DNA from: Terriglobia bacterium | GTDB lineage: Bacteria; Acidobacteriota; Terriglobia; Acidiferrales; UBA7541 | Assembly: GCA_963695545.1 (NCBI GenBank) | Contig: OY968796.1 | Span: forward strand, 2,496,001 to 2,560,000 | Length of the DNA: 64,000 nt | Reading direction: 5' to 3' | Shown: piece by piece, positions 10,085 through 19,265 of the stretch | Numbering within the stretch: position 1 is the stretch's first letter | Layout of the letters: each line of letters begins with the position of its first letter | The notes under the pieces: generated by a model | The model's input: only the letters and a program-made list of their open reading frames with translations | The model's database searches: none | What the model was told of the DNA's origin: nothing | Translations under genes and position numbers: made by a program

Positions 10085-11011
10085 TCACTGACCGCCCGTG
10101 AGCGCGGCGCGCAGGAAGGCAATGGATTCGGGTGCTTCTTTCGCGAAATCGGTGGAGCTGGCTTCGACGCCCATCTCGCGGTCATAACCGATCTTGCGGA
10201 GATTGGCAAACAGCGGAGCGTAATTGTACTCATCCCAGCGCAGCGGAAGGACGCGCCCGGTCGGATTGGCCATATGGATGTGAACGATGTGATCGCCGGC
10301 GGCGAGAATGTCGGCGGGATCTTCTTTGACCATCTCGAATTGGTAGTAATCGAGATTCAATTGGATGTTCGGATCGTTCACCACCTTGATGAATGCGAGC
10401 GCCTCAGCCAGCGAGCCGATGAGATTCGATTCCTCGGGGCGCAAGGGCTCGATGGCGATGATCACGTTTCGCGCGCGCGCTTCCGGTCCGAGGCGCTTGC
10501 AGAAATCTACGAGCTGCGCGTAGGCCTCGTCCTTCGAAAAACCCTCGGGATAGGAGCGCGCGGGACCGCTGCCCATGGCGACCACGCGCGCGCCCAATTT
10601 CGAGACGCGATCAAGCGCCAGGCGGACGTACGCCATCTGCTGGTCTTTGTCGATGTTCGGGCCGCTCAGCTTGATGTTTCCGGGAATGAAGAGATATGTG
10701 TCCAGCACCGGAAAGTCGATCTGTTTCAGCTTCGCGCCCAACTGTGCATAGTCGGCGTCAGAGAGCGCGGCAACTTCGGAGGTTCGCAGATCCATATAGT
10801 CGAAGCCGGCGGCTTTCGCTGCGTCAATTTGGCTGATCGGGCCGCAATAGCCGATGCGCACTTTTGGCGTGTCGCTTTTGCCCGCGACGAGGCAGAGCAA
10901 CGCGAGGCCAACCAGGACGACGCTTCGCAGGGCGACGTCTACGGCGCGCGAGTGTGAGGCTGAGCGATTCGATGTTTGCTTACCGCCAGCCGGAAGCAAT
11001 CGATTGCTCAT
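10085..11011 (-). CDS. Exported sugar-phosphate isomerase/epimerase family protein (TIM barrel), copy 2
   Basis: Paralog of 8236..9171 (shared 'GPNIDKDQQMAYVR', 'RWDEYNYAP'); 'IEPL', 'LDYYQ', 'HIH', 'VE' metal-site pattern; signal peptide. Confidence 0.85.
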   Translation of the reverse strand: MSNRLLPAGGKQTSNRSASHSRAVDVALRSVVLVGLALLCLVAGKSDTPKVRIGYCGPISQIDAAKAAGFDYMDLRTSEVAALSDADYAQLGAKLKQIDFPVLDTYLFIPGNIKLSGPNIDKDQQMAYVRLALDRVSKLGARVVAMGSGPARSYPEGFSKDEAYAQLVDFCKRLGPEARARNVIIAIEPLRPEESNLIGSLAEALAFIKVVNDPNIQLNLDYYQFEMVKEDPADILAAGDHIVHIHMANPTGRVLPLRWDEYNYAPLFANLRKIGYDREMGVEASSTDFAKEAPESIAFLRAALTGGQ

Positions 11012-11015
11012 CGCG

Positions 11016-12416
11016 TCACTTTCCCGCCGGAGCGGCCGGCGTGCGAAACGGAGTAGGAGGCAGATTCCAAAGCGCTACGGGATCGGGATGCGCGGGATCG
11101 AACGGCGGCGTGTCGCCCAAGAGGTATCTTGCTATTCCGAGCTGATTGGTCTTTATGCCTTCGACGATGCATTTCGCAAGCTCGTAGGCGCCGTAGGAAT
11201 TGAAGTGGGTGTCGTCCTTGAGTTCAGCGGTCTGGCCGGGGAATGTGCCGGCCGGGTAGTGAACAAAGGCTCTGGTGGAATTGTCCGGGCCCATGGCTTC
11301 GTAAAAGACTTTGCTCATGGCGTTCAGATCGATCAGCGGGACATTTTCATCGCGCGCCAATTGGCGCATCGCGTCGGGATAATCGCCCAACGTGTTCACG
11401 ATTTTTCCGTCGGGGCCGAAGCTGCGGCGATTCATCGAGGTGACGAGCACGGGCGTGGCGCCACGCAGTCGGGCTTCGTCGATGTAGAGGCGGAGGTAGG
11501 ATTTGTAGTCGGTTGCGGCGTCGACGTGATCCGGGCCCGGTTTTTGATCGTTGTGCGTGAATTGGATGAAGAGATAATCGCCCGGTTTCATTGTGCTCAG
11601 AATTTTCGCGAGTCGATTTTCGGAGATGAACGCCTTGAGGGTTTCGCCCGATTCGGCTTGATTCGAGATCGATAAGCCGGGTTTGAAGAATCGCGGCAAC
11701 ATCTGGCCCCAGGCGCACCACGGCTCGTCGGTCTGATCGACGACCGTGGAATCGCCCGCAAGATAGACTGTGACGTCGTGCTCAACTTTGGTGATGGTGA
11801 TCGCCGCGATGCACGGGCGCTTGTTGCTGAACTCAAACGTCAGCTTGTGGTCCCAATCCATGGTGCCCACTTCGCGCTGCTTGAGCGACACCTGGCCGCC
11901 TCCGGCGATTTCCGGATAGCGAACGCTGACGGTGAAAGTGCGCGTGGCGATCTCGCCGTTCGTGGTTTGCACGACTTCGAGCAGTAAGCGGCGCGATTCC
12001 GCCTTGACCGTGGTGAGAGATTCTCCCTGCGGGTCGCCGAGCGAGAAGGTCACGTCGTAATCGCCTTCGGGGACATTCACGGAGAAGAAGAACGGCTTGT
12101 CGCTGGTGCAAAAGCCGCCGGGCGCCGTCGGCCGGGCGCTTTCGGGTCCGCTGCGATCGACGCAAGTGACTTGAGCGCCGGGCTCGAATCCGTATTCCTG
12201 GTCATTTGTATATGCGGTGGTCGCGACGACCTGGGTGGCTCCGGGAGCGGCCGGTTGCGGGCCGAAGGAAAAATTCAAACTCATCGGCGCGGACAGCGGC
12301 ACCGGCGCGGCGGGCAATGCTTGAGCGGACGCGTGCGCTACTGCGAAGAGCAGGACGAAGAGCGCTGCCGAAGGCAACACCCGACGGAGCGTGAATAGAA
12401 CGGAGGCGGCGCTCAT
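11016..12416 (-). CDS. Rhamnogalacturonan acetylesterase-like SGNH esterase (CE12) with N-terminal beta-sandwich
   Basis: 'YLAGDSTV', 'WGQML', 'IQFTHND', 'DDTHFN' SGNH blocks; signal peptide. Confidence 0.88.
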   Translation of the reverse strand: MSAASVLFTLRRVLPSAALFVLLFAVAHASAQALPAAPVPLSAPMSLNFSFGPQPAAPGATQVVATTAYTNDQEYGFEPGAQVTCVDRSGPESARPTAPGGFCTSDKPFFFSVNVPEGDYDVTFSLGDPQGESLTTVKAESRRLLLEVVQTTNGEIATRTFTVSVRYPEIAGGGQVSLKQREVGTMDWDHKLTFEFSNKRPCIAAITITKVEHDVTVYLAGDSTVVDQTDEPWCAWGQMLPRFFKPGLSISNQAESGETLKAFISENRLAKILSTMKPGDYLFIQFTHNDQKPGPDHVDAATDYKSYLRLYIDEARLRGATPVLVTSMNRRSFGPDGKIVNTLGDYPDAMRQLARDENVPLIDLNAMSKVFYEAMGPDNSTRAFVHYPAGTFPGQTAELKDDTHFNSYGAYELAKCIVEGIKTNQLGIARYLLGDTPPFDPAHPDPVALWNLPPTPFRTPAAPAGK

Positions 12417-14113
12417 TGATATCGGTACAACTGTGCGCGGCGAGTCGTGGGAACGCCGGCGGGGAAGGTCAATCCCTCGCCGGACAAATTTTCCGCGGCG
12501 GCGGCGGAGAAATCATAGCGCAATTGTGTTTCGTCGCCGTTGAGCCAGCGGCCGGGCTTCCACTGGCCGTCAACGAAAGTGCCATCCTCGACTTTTGCGA
12601 AGCCGACGACGGCCGGGCCGGGCGTGTTGGGTGTGAATGTGACTTGCACATCGGCGCCGGCGACGATGAATTCATCGGGGGCGGTTGCGATTGCAAGCGC
12701 GTATCCGCTATCGGGCACGACGGTTGAGCGGCGCGTGACGCGCAGCGCGAAATGAAGCGTATAGCCGCCGAGCGAGACATCTTGCGACGGTCGATCTTTG
12801 GAAAGCCACACGCCGGCGATTGTGCCGCTCGCTTGGTGCTCAAGGATCACGGGAGCCATGGCGGAGAGCATCGCGTAGGCTTCGGGAATCGGCGCGGTGG
12901 GATCATCCTGGGATTCGATCGCAAACGGCGAGTAGCCGATCGAACCGGCGCCGACGGCGTAGAAAGCGTTGGCGGCCCCGACGGAGCCGGCTAAGGATTC
13001 GGGCACGAAGATTGGATTTCCGTTGCGGCTGTAGCTGGCGAGGATGTCCGGAAAATCGGGCAAGTAGACGTCAGGCGCGAGCAGATCGATGTGCGGTGCG
13101 GCGGATTGCCAAACGTCGTGCATCTGCGCGACAGCGCCGCCGCTCGGATAATCGCCGGGGCCTTTGTCTTCGGGCTGGACAATCCAAGTGTTGATGTACA
13201 TCGGGAGCGGCAGTTCGGTTTTGCCCGCGACGACGACGCGATCGATGTACCGCGCGTAGTTCCAAGCCATGAAGATTTCATCGGCAGCCGGACCGGGGCC
13301 GAAGACCTCTTGCCACGTGCCGGAAGTTTTTGCGCCGGCGTCTTCCCAGGTTTTGCGGAACTCGGGCAACAGAGTGTCGTGGTGCGCGGCGAGATACGCC
13401 GTCAGCTCTTTCGGCACGGGTTGGTTGAACGCGGCGTTGGCCGCGCGGGAGTGGTCGCGCGAATCGCCGAGGACGCCGACCTCATTTTCGACCTGGATGA
13501 AGAGGACAGTGTGTTGCGCGGAATCCACTTCGCGAAGATGGCGCAGCAGCGCGGCGAAGGCGCGCGAATCGGCATCGCGATTTGAATCGCTGAACGTGGA
13601 AAGAATCTCGAGATATTGGCCGCTGCTATTCTGAACGAGCGGAAAGCGCGCGGGATCTTTTTTGATCCACGCCGGCGCGTAGGTGGAGCCGGAATTTTTC
13701 CAACTGGCGAGCCAGAGAAGAACCAGGCGGAGATTGTTGCTGCGGGCGTCGCGCAGCAGACCGTCGAGAACGGTGAAATCGAAGTGGCCTTCTTCGGGCT
13801 CGATTTGCTGCCAGGTTACCGGCGTCAGCACGGTGTTCAGATGCATCGCGGCGAGCTTGGGCCAGATGGGTTGCATGTACTCGACGCTCGAGGAACTGGA
13901 ATTGTGCAACTCTCCGCCGAGGACGAGATACGGTTTGCCGTCCACGATGAGTTGCGTGACGGCGCCATTTTTCTGCAGATGGGGAAGAGCAGCGTCTGGA
14001 GCGGGCTGTTGCGCGGCTGCGCCAGGCACGGCGACGGCGAGCGCAGCGGAAAAAATCGCGGCGCGCAGGGCGGCGCGGCAAACGGACGCGCTAGATTTCA
14101 TCGATGGCCTCAT
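12413..14113 (-). CDS. GH35-like beta-galactosidase family protein (DUF5597-type C-terminus)
   Basis: 'LIVDGKPYLVLGGELHNSS', 'IEPEEGHFDF', 'IQVENEVG', 'IFVPES', 'RWLNGDE'; ATGA overlap with the upstream gene; signal peptide. Confidence 0.85.
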   Translation of the reverse strand: MRPSMKSSASVCRAALRAAIFSAALAVAVPGAAAQQPAPDAALPHLQKNGAVTQLIVDGKPYLVLGGELHNSSSSSVEYMQPIWPKLAAMHLNTVLTPVTWQQIEPEEGHFDFTVLDGLLRDARSNNLRLVLLWLASWKNSGSTYAPAWIKKDPARFPLVQNSSGQYLEILSTFSDSNRDADSRAFAALLRHLREVDSAQHTVLFIQVENEVGVLGDSRDHSRAANAAFNQPVPKELTAYLAAHHDTLLPEFRKTWEDAGAKTSGTWQEVFGPGPAADEIFMAWNYARYIDRVVVAGKTELPLPMYINTWIVQPEDKGPGDYPSGGAVAQMHDVWQSAAPHIDLLAPDVYLPDFPDILASYSRNGNPIFVPESLAGSVGAANAFYAVGAGSIGYSPFAIESQDDPTAPIPEAYAMLSAMAPVILEHQASGTIAGVWLSKDRPSQDVSLGGYTLHFALRVTRRSTVVPDSGYALAIATAPDEFIVAGADVQVTFTPNTPGPAVVGFAKVEDGTFVDGQWKPGRWLNGDETQLRYDFSAAAAENLSGEGLTFPAGVPTTRRAQLYRYQ

Positions 14114-15315
14114 TTCACGTTCACGCCCCAAACTTTGGAGAGGCGCGAGGTTCCTGCGGGGCCCGCGACGTCGAGGATTACGGTGTAGCGGCCGGATTGC
14201 TGATACTGGTGAATTGGAAATTGATCGGTCGAGCCCGAGCCGTCACCGAAATCCCACTTCCAGGATGTGGCGCCGACGGAGAGATCCTTGAACGCGACGA
14301 GGCGACGGTCCATATCAACGACGGTGAAGGACCACTCCGCGTCAATCGCTTTGCGGAATTGCGGCTCAAGGGGCATGAGGCGGAATTCGCACAGGAAGGA
14401 AGCGTTGCCATACATCTTGTGCTGATTCGAGAGATTCCAGAAGCCGTCGTTGCCTTCTTTATTTACGTCGTTGTAATCGATCACCGCCCACGACAGGCCG
14501 ATCAACTTGTTTTCGTAGAGATTGGATTCAACCGAGCGCAGCGGGCCTTCGGCCGCGGCGTAATCGAAAGGCGTGATGAAGAATTCGAGCGTGAGTTTGC
14601 CGGATTCGCCGGGTTTGAAATTGTAGGAATAGGCGTGATTCGAGTAGGGCAACTCTTTCAGCCACTGCTGCGGGCCCCACATCATGGTCCAGTCCTTGTT
14701 TTCCGCCGGCGTGAAGATGTGATAGTTCTGCGCGTGGACGCTTTGGAACGAAAAAAAAGCGTCGCTGGGGCTGAGGTCTTTGTTCGGATGTTGTTCGGCG
14801 ATCAGCGGGCCGCCGGAAAGATCGCCGTCGACGACGATCTCGAAAGTGTCATTGTGCAGATCGGGGCGCGCGAAATCCCAATACTTATCGTAGGCTTGAT
14901 AGAGGAAAAAAAGTTGATTGAGGCCTTTCACCCAGCCCACTTTCACTTTCACGTCGAGATACGCGGGATCGGGCGCGGGATGCTTGCCGGTGTCGTCATG
15001 CATGCGATCGATGCCGATGGTGTAGTCGTCAGGAACGATATTCCAATCGGAGGCGTCGCCGTCGATGCGCGGAATCATGTTGGGAGGGAATTGAAAAACT
15101 TTAAAGACGGTGCCGGGGCAGCCGCCGCCGCTCGGTTCGGGCGATTGCGAAACTTGTGACGCCGGAACGAACTCCCGTTGCGAACTGGGCGGAGCTTGGG
15201 GCTGTTCCGGCGTCGACGGAGTCGCCTGCTGCGCCGCGGCGGGGAGCGCCGCTGCCGCAAGGATCGGCACACACACGAACGTCATGATGCATCGAGCAGA
15301 TCGACGCAGCTTCAC
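14110..15315 (-). CDS. Secreted PKD-domain protein with CBM9/DOMON-like N-terminal domain
   Basis: GTG 15315 preceded by AGGAGGA; 'PRIDGDASDW' motif; C-terminal PKD 'SWKWDFGDGSGSTDQFPIHQY...G.YTV.L'. Confidence 0.78.
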   Translation of the reverse strand: MKLRRSARCIMTFVCVPILAAAALPAAAQQATPSTPEQPQAPPSSQREFVPASQVSQSPEPSGGGCPGTVFKVFQFPPNMIPRIDGDASDWNIVPDDYTIGIDRMHDDTGKHPAPDPAYLDVKVKVGWVKGLNQLFFLYQAYDKYWDFARPDLHNDTFEIVVDGDLSGGPLIAEQHPNKDLSPSDAFFSFQSVHAQNYHIFTPAENKDWTMMWGPQQWLKELPYSNHAYSYNFKPGESGKLTLEFFITPFDYAAAEGPLRSVESNLYENKLIGLSWAVIDYNDVNKEGNDGFWNLSNQHKMYGNASFLCEFRLMPLEPQFRKAIDAEWSFTVVDMDRRLVAFKDLSVGATSWKWDFGDGSGSTDQFPIHQYQQSGRYTVILDVAGPAGTSRLSKVWGVNVK

Positions 15316-15417
15316 TGGATTCCTCCTAAACGCGAGCGCAAAACCCGGTTTCGCCCGGCGGATCGTATCAGAAGCGTTTCGGGCCATGACGCCGCTTGCC
15401 TGCGGCTCAATCAATAA

Positions 15418-16623
15418 TTACTGCGGCCAGACGCGCAGCAGCACCACGCTGTGCGCGGTCAGGGTCGCGGTGTATGAGCCGGACATCGTGCCGAGATCTT
15501 TGCCGGCCCAGAGATCGCGCACTTTCACATTGCCCGTGATACCGAGCTTCGCGAAATCCACCGAGAAGGTCATCAATCCCTGCTGGCGATTGAACATGGC
15601 CACGGCTTGCGATCCATCGGCCATGGGCTTGGACCAAATTTCCATCGGTCCTTCGGCCCACACGCGATCGCCTTGCTTGCCGGCGGGATCCTGATCGACG
15701 GCGATGACGTCGCGATTGGTGAGCAGCGCGATGGTTTCCGGCGACATCGTGGAAAGATCGTTACCGGAAAGCAGCGGCGCGGCGAGGATCGCCCAGAGAC
15801 TCATGTGCGTTTTGTATTCGTCGGTGGTCATGCCGCCGTTGCCGACTTCGAGCATGTCGGGATCGTTCCAGTGGCCGGGGCCGGCGTATTTCGAGAGGCC
15901 GGCTTGCTCGAAGCCGATGGTTTCCATGCGCGCGTAGTGATCGTTGATGTCGCCGGTGGTGCGCCACAGATTCGCGCCGGCCGCGGGAGCCCATTGCCAC
16001 ACGGCGCCGTCGCCGTATTGGCAGAAGCTATAGACCATCGGGCGGCCGGTTTTTTTGATGGCGTCGCGCATCTTGACGTAGGCGTCGACCATCATTTGTT
16101 GCGCGGCCGCGGGCGTGGCGGCGGTTTTCATTACGTCGCGAAAACTGCAGAGATCGTATTTCAAATAGTCGATTCCCCAATTTGCGTAAGTCTGAGCGTC
16201 CTGATCTTCATGATTGAGGCTGCCCTCGAAGCCCGCGCAGGTTTTGGCGCCGGGGCTCGAGTAGATGCCGAGCTTCAATCCTTTGCTGTGCACGTAGTCG
16301 GCGAGAGCTTTCATGTCCGGGAATTTGCTGTTCGGCTGGATATTGCCTTGGGCGTCGCGATCGCCTTCCCAAGTGTCGTCGATGTTGATGTAGACGTAGC
16401 CGGCGTCGCGCATGCCGCTCGAGACCATGGCGTCGGCCTGCGCGCGAACGGTGGCATCGTCAATTTTGCGCGCGAAATGATTCCAACTGTTCCAGCCCAT
16501 CGGCGGCGTGGCGGCGACCTGCGGGGATTGCGCGCGAACGGGCGACGAAAGGCACAAAACGAGAATCAAAAGTGCGGAAGCCACTCCAAATGCACGCAAC
16601 GCGGCGTGCCTAATCCGATTCAT
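15418..16623 (-). CDS. Alpha-galactosidase, GH27
   Basis: 'TPPMGWNSWN', 'YINIDDTW', 'GLKLGIYS', 'DYLKYDLC', 'WRTTGDI', 'WNDPDMLEVGN'; ATG 16623 with GAGGGAG RBS and signal peptide. Confidence 0.95.
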   Translation of the reverse strand: MNRIRHAALRAFGVASALLILVLCLSSPVRAQSPQVAATPPMGWNSWNHFARKIDDATVRAQADAMVSSGMRDAGYVYINIDDTWEGDRDAQGNIQPNSKFPDMKALADYVHSKGLKLGIYSSPGAKTCAGFEGSLNHEDQDAQTYANWGIDYLKYDLCSFRDVMKTAATPAAAQQMMVDAYVKMRDAIKKTGRPMVYSFCQYGDGAVWQWAPAAGANLWRTTGDINDHYARMETIGFEQAGLSKYAGPGHWNDPDMLEVGNGGMTTDEYKTHMSLWAILAAPLLSGNDLSTMSPETIALLTNRDVIAVDQDPAGKQGDRVWAEGPMEIWSKPMADGSQAVAMFNRQQGLMTFSVDFAKLGITGNVKVRDLWAGKDLGTMSGSYTATLTAHSVVLLRVWPQ

Positions 16624-16929
16624 TATTTTTCTCCCTCGAAATGCAGGCCGATCGCCGCGTGGCGCGAACGGTTCGGCGTGGTCTGACTGGCGCATCATAT
16701 CACTGCTGGTCTCGGCGCGAAGCAATCAGCCATTGGACTGAGTGCGCGACGGTTTTTGCCGGATAGCATCTTCATGTAGAGTAGACACCCGCGGATCGAC
16801 GCTCGACGGACGAAGCAACGCGTTTCGCGCGGGCCGGTTGGCTCGGCGGAACGCGTCACGCGGATCGGCAATGGCGTGGCTGATCGGAAATGTTTCTGAA
16901 TGGCCGACGCAGATGTGCAACGGAGAGGC

Positions 16930-18084
16930 ATGACTTCAGCATTCGATCTGCTCGAAAAATTTCGCAGAAAATTCGGCGGCGACGCGCGCGTGTTTCGCGC
17001 GCCGGGCCGCGTGAACCTGATCGGCGAATACACCGATTTCAACGATGGCTTTGTGATGCCCGCGGCCATCGGCCGAAACTGCTGGGTGGCTGCCGGGCCG
17101 CGCTCGGATCGCAAGCTGGTGATTCGTTCCGAAGATTTTTCGGAGACGTACGAATGGGATTTCGCTTCGGGCGATCCGGCGGGAACCGGCACGTGGAGCG
17201 ACTATCCGGTGGGCGTTGCGGTAATGCTGCGGAGAGGCGGCGCGGCACTCGGCGGAGCGAATCTGTTGATCGAAGGCGACGTGCCGATCGGGGCTGGCCT
17301 TAGCTCTTCGGCGGCCATCGAAGTGGCCACCGGCTACGCGCTATTGGACACCTCAGGATTGCCGGTCAACGGCCTGGAGCTTGCGCGCGTGTGCCAGCGC
17401 GCGGAGAACGGATTCGTCGGGGCGCGCACCGGGATCATGGACCAATTCGCTTCCGTGTTCGGGCGGGCGGGCCACGCGATCGTGCTGGATTGCCGCTCGC
17501 TCAACTATGAGCTGGCGCCGATTCCGAGTTCGGTGCACCTGGTGATATGCAATACGATGGTGAAGCACGAGAACTCGTCGGGAGAATACAATTTGCGGCG
17601 GGCACAATGCGAAGAGGCGGTGGTGCGTCTGGCTGCGTTTTATCCGGGGATCACCGCGCTGCGCGACGTGACGATCGAGCAGCTGGATCGGCAACGCGAC
17701 GCGTTGCCAGAGGTCGTTTACCGGCGGGCGGCGCATGTGGTGGCTGAAGACGCGCGGGTCCTGGCGGCCGTCGAAGCGCTTGCCGCGGGCGATCTTGTGG
17801 CGTTCGGCGAGCGCATGGCCGAATCGCACGAGAGTTTGCGGATGTTGTTCGAGGTCAGTTCGCCGGAGCTGGATGTGATGGTGCAGTTGGCGAATCGACA
17901 GCCGGGCGTATTCGGTGCGCGCATGACCGGTGGGGGATTCGGCGGCAGCACGATCAATGTGGTCGAAGCAGGAACGGCGGAGCGCTTTGCCGCGAACATG
18001 ACGCGGGCCTACGAAGAAGCGACCGGCCGGCGTCCCGATATTCAGATATGCGATCCTGGGCCGGGCGCGGGGCGCGCGGACTGA
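16930..18084 (+). CDS. galK: Galactokinase
   Basis: 'APGRVNLIGEYTDFNDGFVMP', 'PIGAGLSSSAA', 'GIMDQF', 'GARMTGGGFGG'; GGAGAGG RBS before ATG 16930. Confidence 0.95.
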   Translation: MTSAFDLLEKFRRKFGGDARVFRAPGRVNLIGEYTDFNDGFVMPAAIGRNCWVAAGPRSDRKLVIRSEDFSETYEWDFASGDPAGTGTWSDYPVGVAVMLRRGGAALGGANLLIEGDVPIGAGLSSSAAIEVATGYALLDTSGLPVNGLELARVCQRAENGFVGARTGIMDQFASVFGRAGHAIVLDCRSLNYELAPIPSSVHLVICNTMVKHENSSGEYNLRRAQCEEAVVRLAAFYPGITALRDVTIEQLDRQRDALPEVVYRRAAHVVAEDARVLAAVEALAAGDLVAFGERMAESHESLRMLFEVSSPELDVMVQLANRQPGVFGARMTGGGFGGSTINVVEAGTAERFAANMTRAYEEATGRRPDIQICDPGPGAGRAD

Positions 18085-18108
18085 GCGCGGCCGACCGAAT
18101 ACATATAT

Positions 18109-19155
18109 ATGGATGACCAATTTCTAAGCGAAACTCCCCACCGGCGCTTCAACCCGCTGACGCGCGAATGGGTGCTGGTTTCGCCGCATCGAGCGAAGCG
18201 GCCGTGGCTCGGCAAAGTGGAAGCGGCGCCGACCGGACGCGAGCCGGAGTACGATCCGACCTGCTACTTGTGTCCGACGAACGCTCGGGCCGAGGGCGTT
18301 CATAACCCCGACTACAAAGCTACCTTCGTCTTTGACAACGATTTCCCGGCGCTTCTGCCTGATGCGCCGCCGGGGGCGGTGGACGAAGGCGGCCTGATCG
18401 TGGCGCGCACGGAAGCGGGTCGCTGCCGCGTGGTGTGTTTTACTCCGCGGCACGATCTGACGATTCCGCGCATGTCGATCGAAGAGATTCGGCGGGTCGT
18501 CGAGACATGGGCCGATCAGTACAGCGAGCTGGGCGGCCTGCCGTATGTGCGACACGTGCAAATTTTTGAAAACCGCGGCGCCTTGATGGGCGCGAGCAAT
18601 CCGCATCCGCATTGCCAGATATGGGCCGAAGCGGAATTGCCGAATGTGCCGGCGAGCGAACAAGAGTCTTTGCGCGAATATCGAGATCGGCAGCGCGGCT
18701 GCATGTTGTGCCGCTATCTTGAACTGGAGCTCGCGCGGCAGGAGCGCATCGTGTGCGCGAACGAAGGCTTCGTGGCGCTCATGCCGTTCTGGGCGGTGTG
18801 GCCGTTTGAGACCATGGTGCTGAGCCGGCGGCACGTGGCAAGTCTGGTTGATCTAAGCGATTCGGAAAGATATTTGCTCGCGGATTTGCTGCGGCGATTG
18901 ACGACTCGCTACGACAATTTGTTTGAATCGCCGTTTCCGTACTCGATGGGTTTTCATCAGAGCCCGACGGACGGCGAACCACACCCGGAGTGGCATCTGC
19001 ATGCGCACTACTTTCCGCCGCTATTGCGCTCGGCGACGGTGCGAAAATTTATGGTGGGCTACGAGCTGCTCGGGACGCCGCAGCGCGACCTGACTCCGGA
19101 AAGCGCGGCCGAGCGCCTGCGCGACCTCAGCGAAACGCATTACCTCGATCGATAA
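18109..19155 (+). CDS. galT: Galactose-1-phosphate uridylyltransferase
   Basis: 'HRRFNPL', 'SPHRAKRPW', 'CYLCP', '[10 protein letters not shown]' catalytic HPH, 'VRKFMVGYE'. Confidence 0.96.
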   Translation: MDDQFLSETPHRRFNPLTREWVLVSPHRAKRPWLGKVEAAPTGREPEYDPTCYLCPTNARAEGVHNPDYKATFVFDNDFPALLPDAPPGAVDEGGLIVARTEAGRCRVVCFTPRHDLTIPRMSIEEIRRVVETWADQYSELGGLPYVRHVQIFENRGALMGASNPHPHCQIWAEAELPNVPASEQESLREYRDRQRGCMLCRYLELELARQERIVCANEGFVALMPFWAVWPFETMVLSRRHVASLVDLSDSERYLLADLLRRLTTRYDNLFESPFPYSMGFHQSPTDGEPHPEWHLHAHYFPPLLRSATVRKFMVGYELLGTPQRDLTPESAAERLRDLSETHYLDR

Positions 19156-19159
19156 AGCT

Positions 19160-19259
19160 AGCTGCAACTCGCCGAATCGAACACGCAAGCCGGCAGCGCG
19201 GGCGCTCGGCACACGGCCCACGCTCGCGCCGCCGTGTTTGGCTCGCTTGAAGTTGAGCT
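19160..19259. terminator. Long imperfect stem-loop between convergent genes (possible bidirectional terminator)
   Basis: Nested complementary segments CAACT/AGTTG, CGAACACG/CGTGTTTG, AGCGCGGGC/GCCCACGCT; no clear U-tract. Confidence 0.35.
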
Positions 19260-19265
19260 GCCGAG

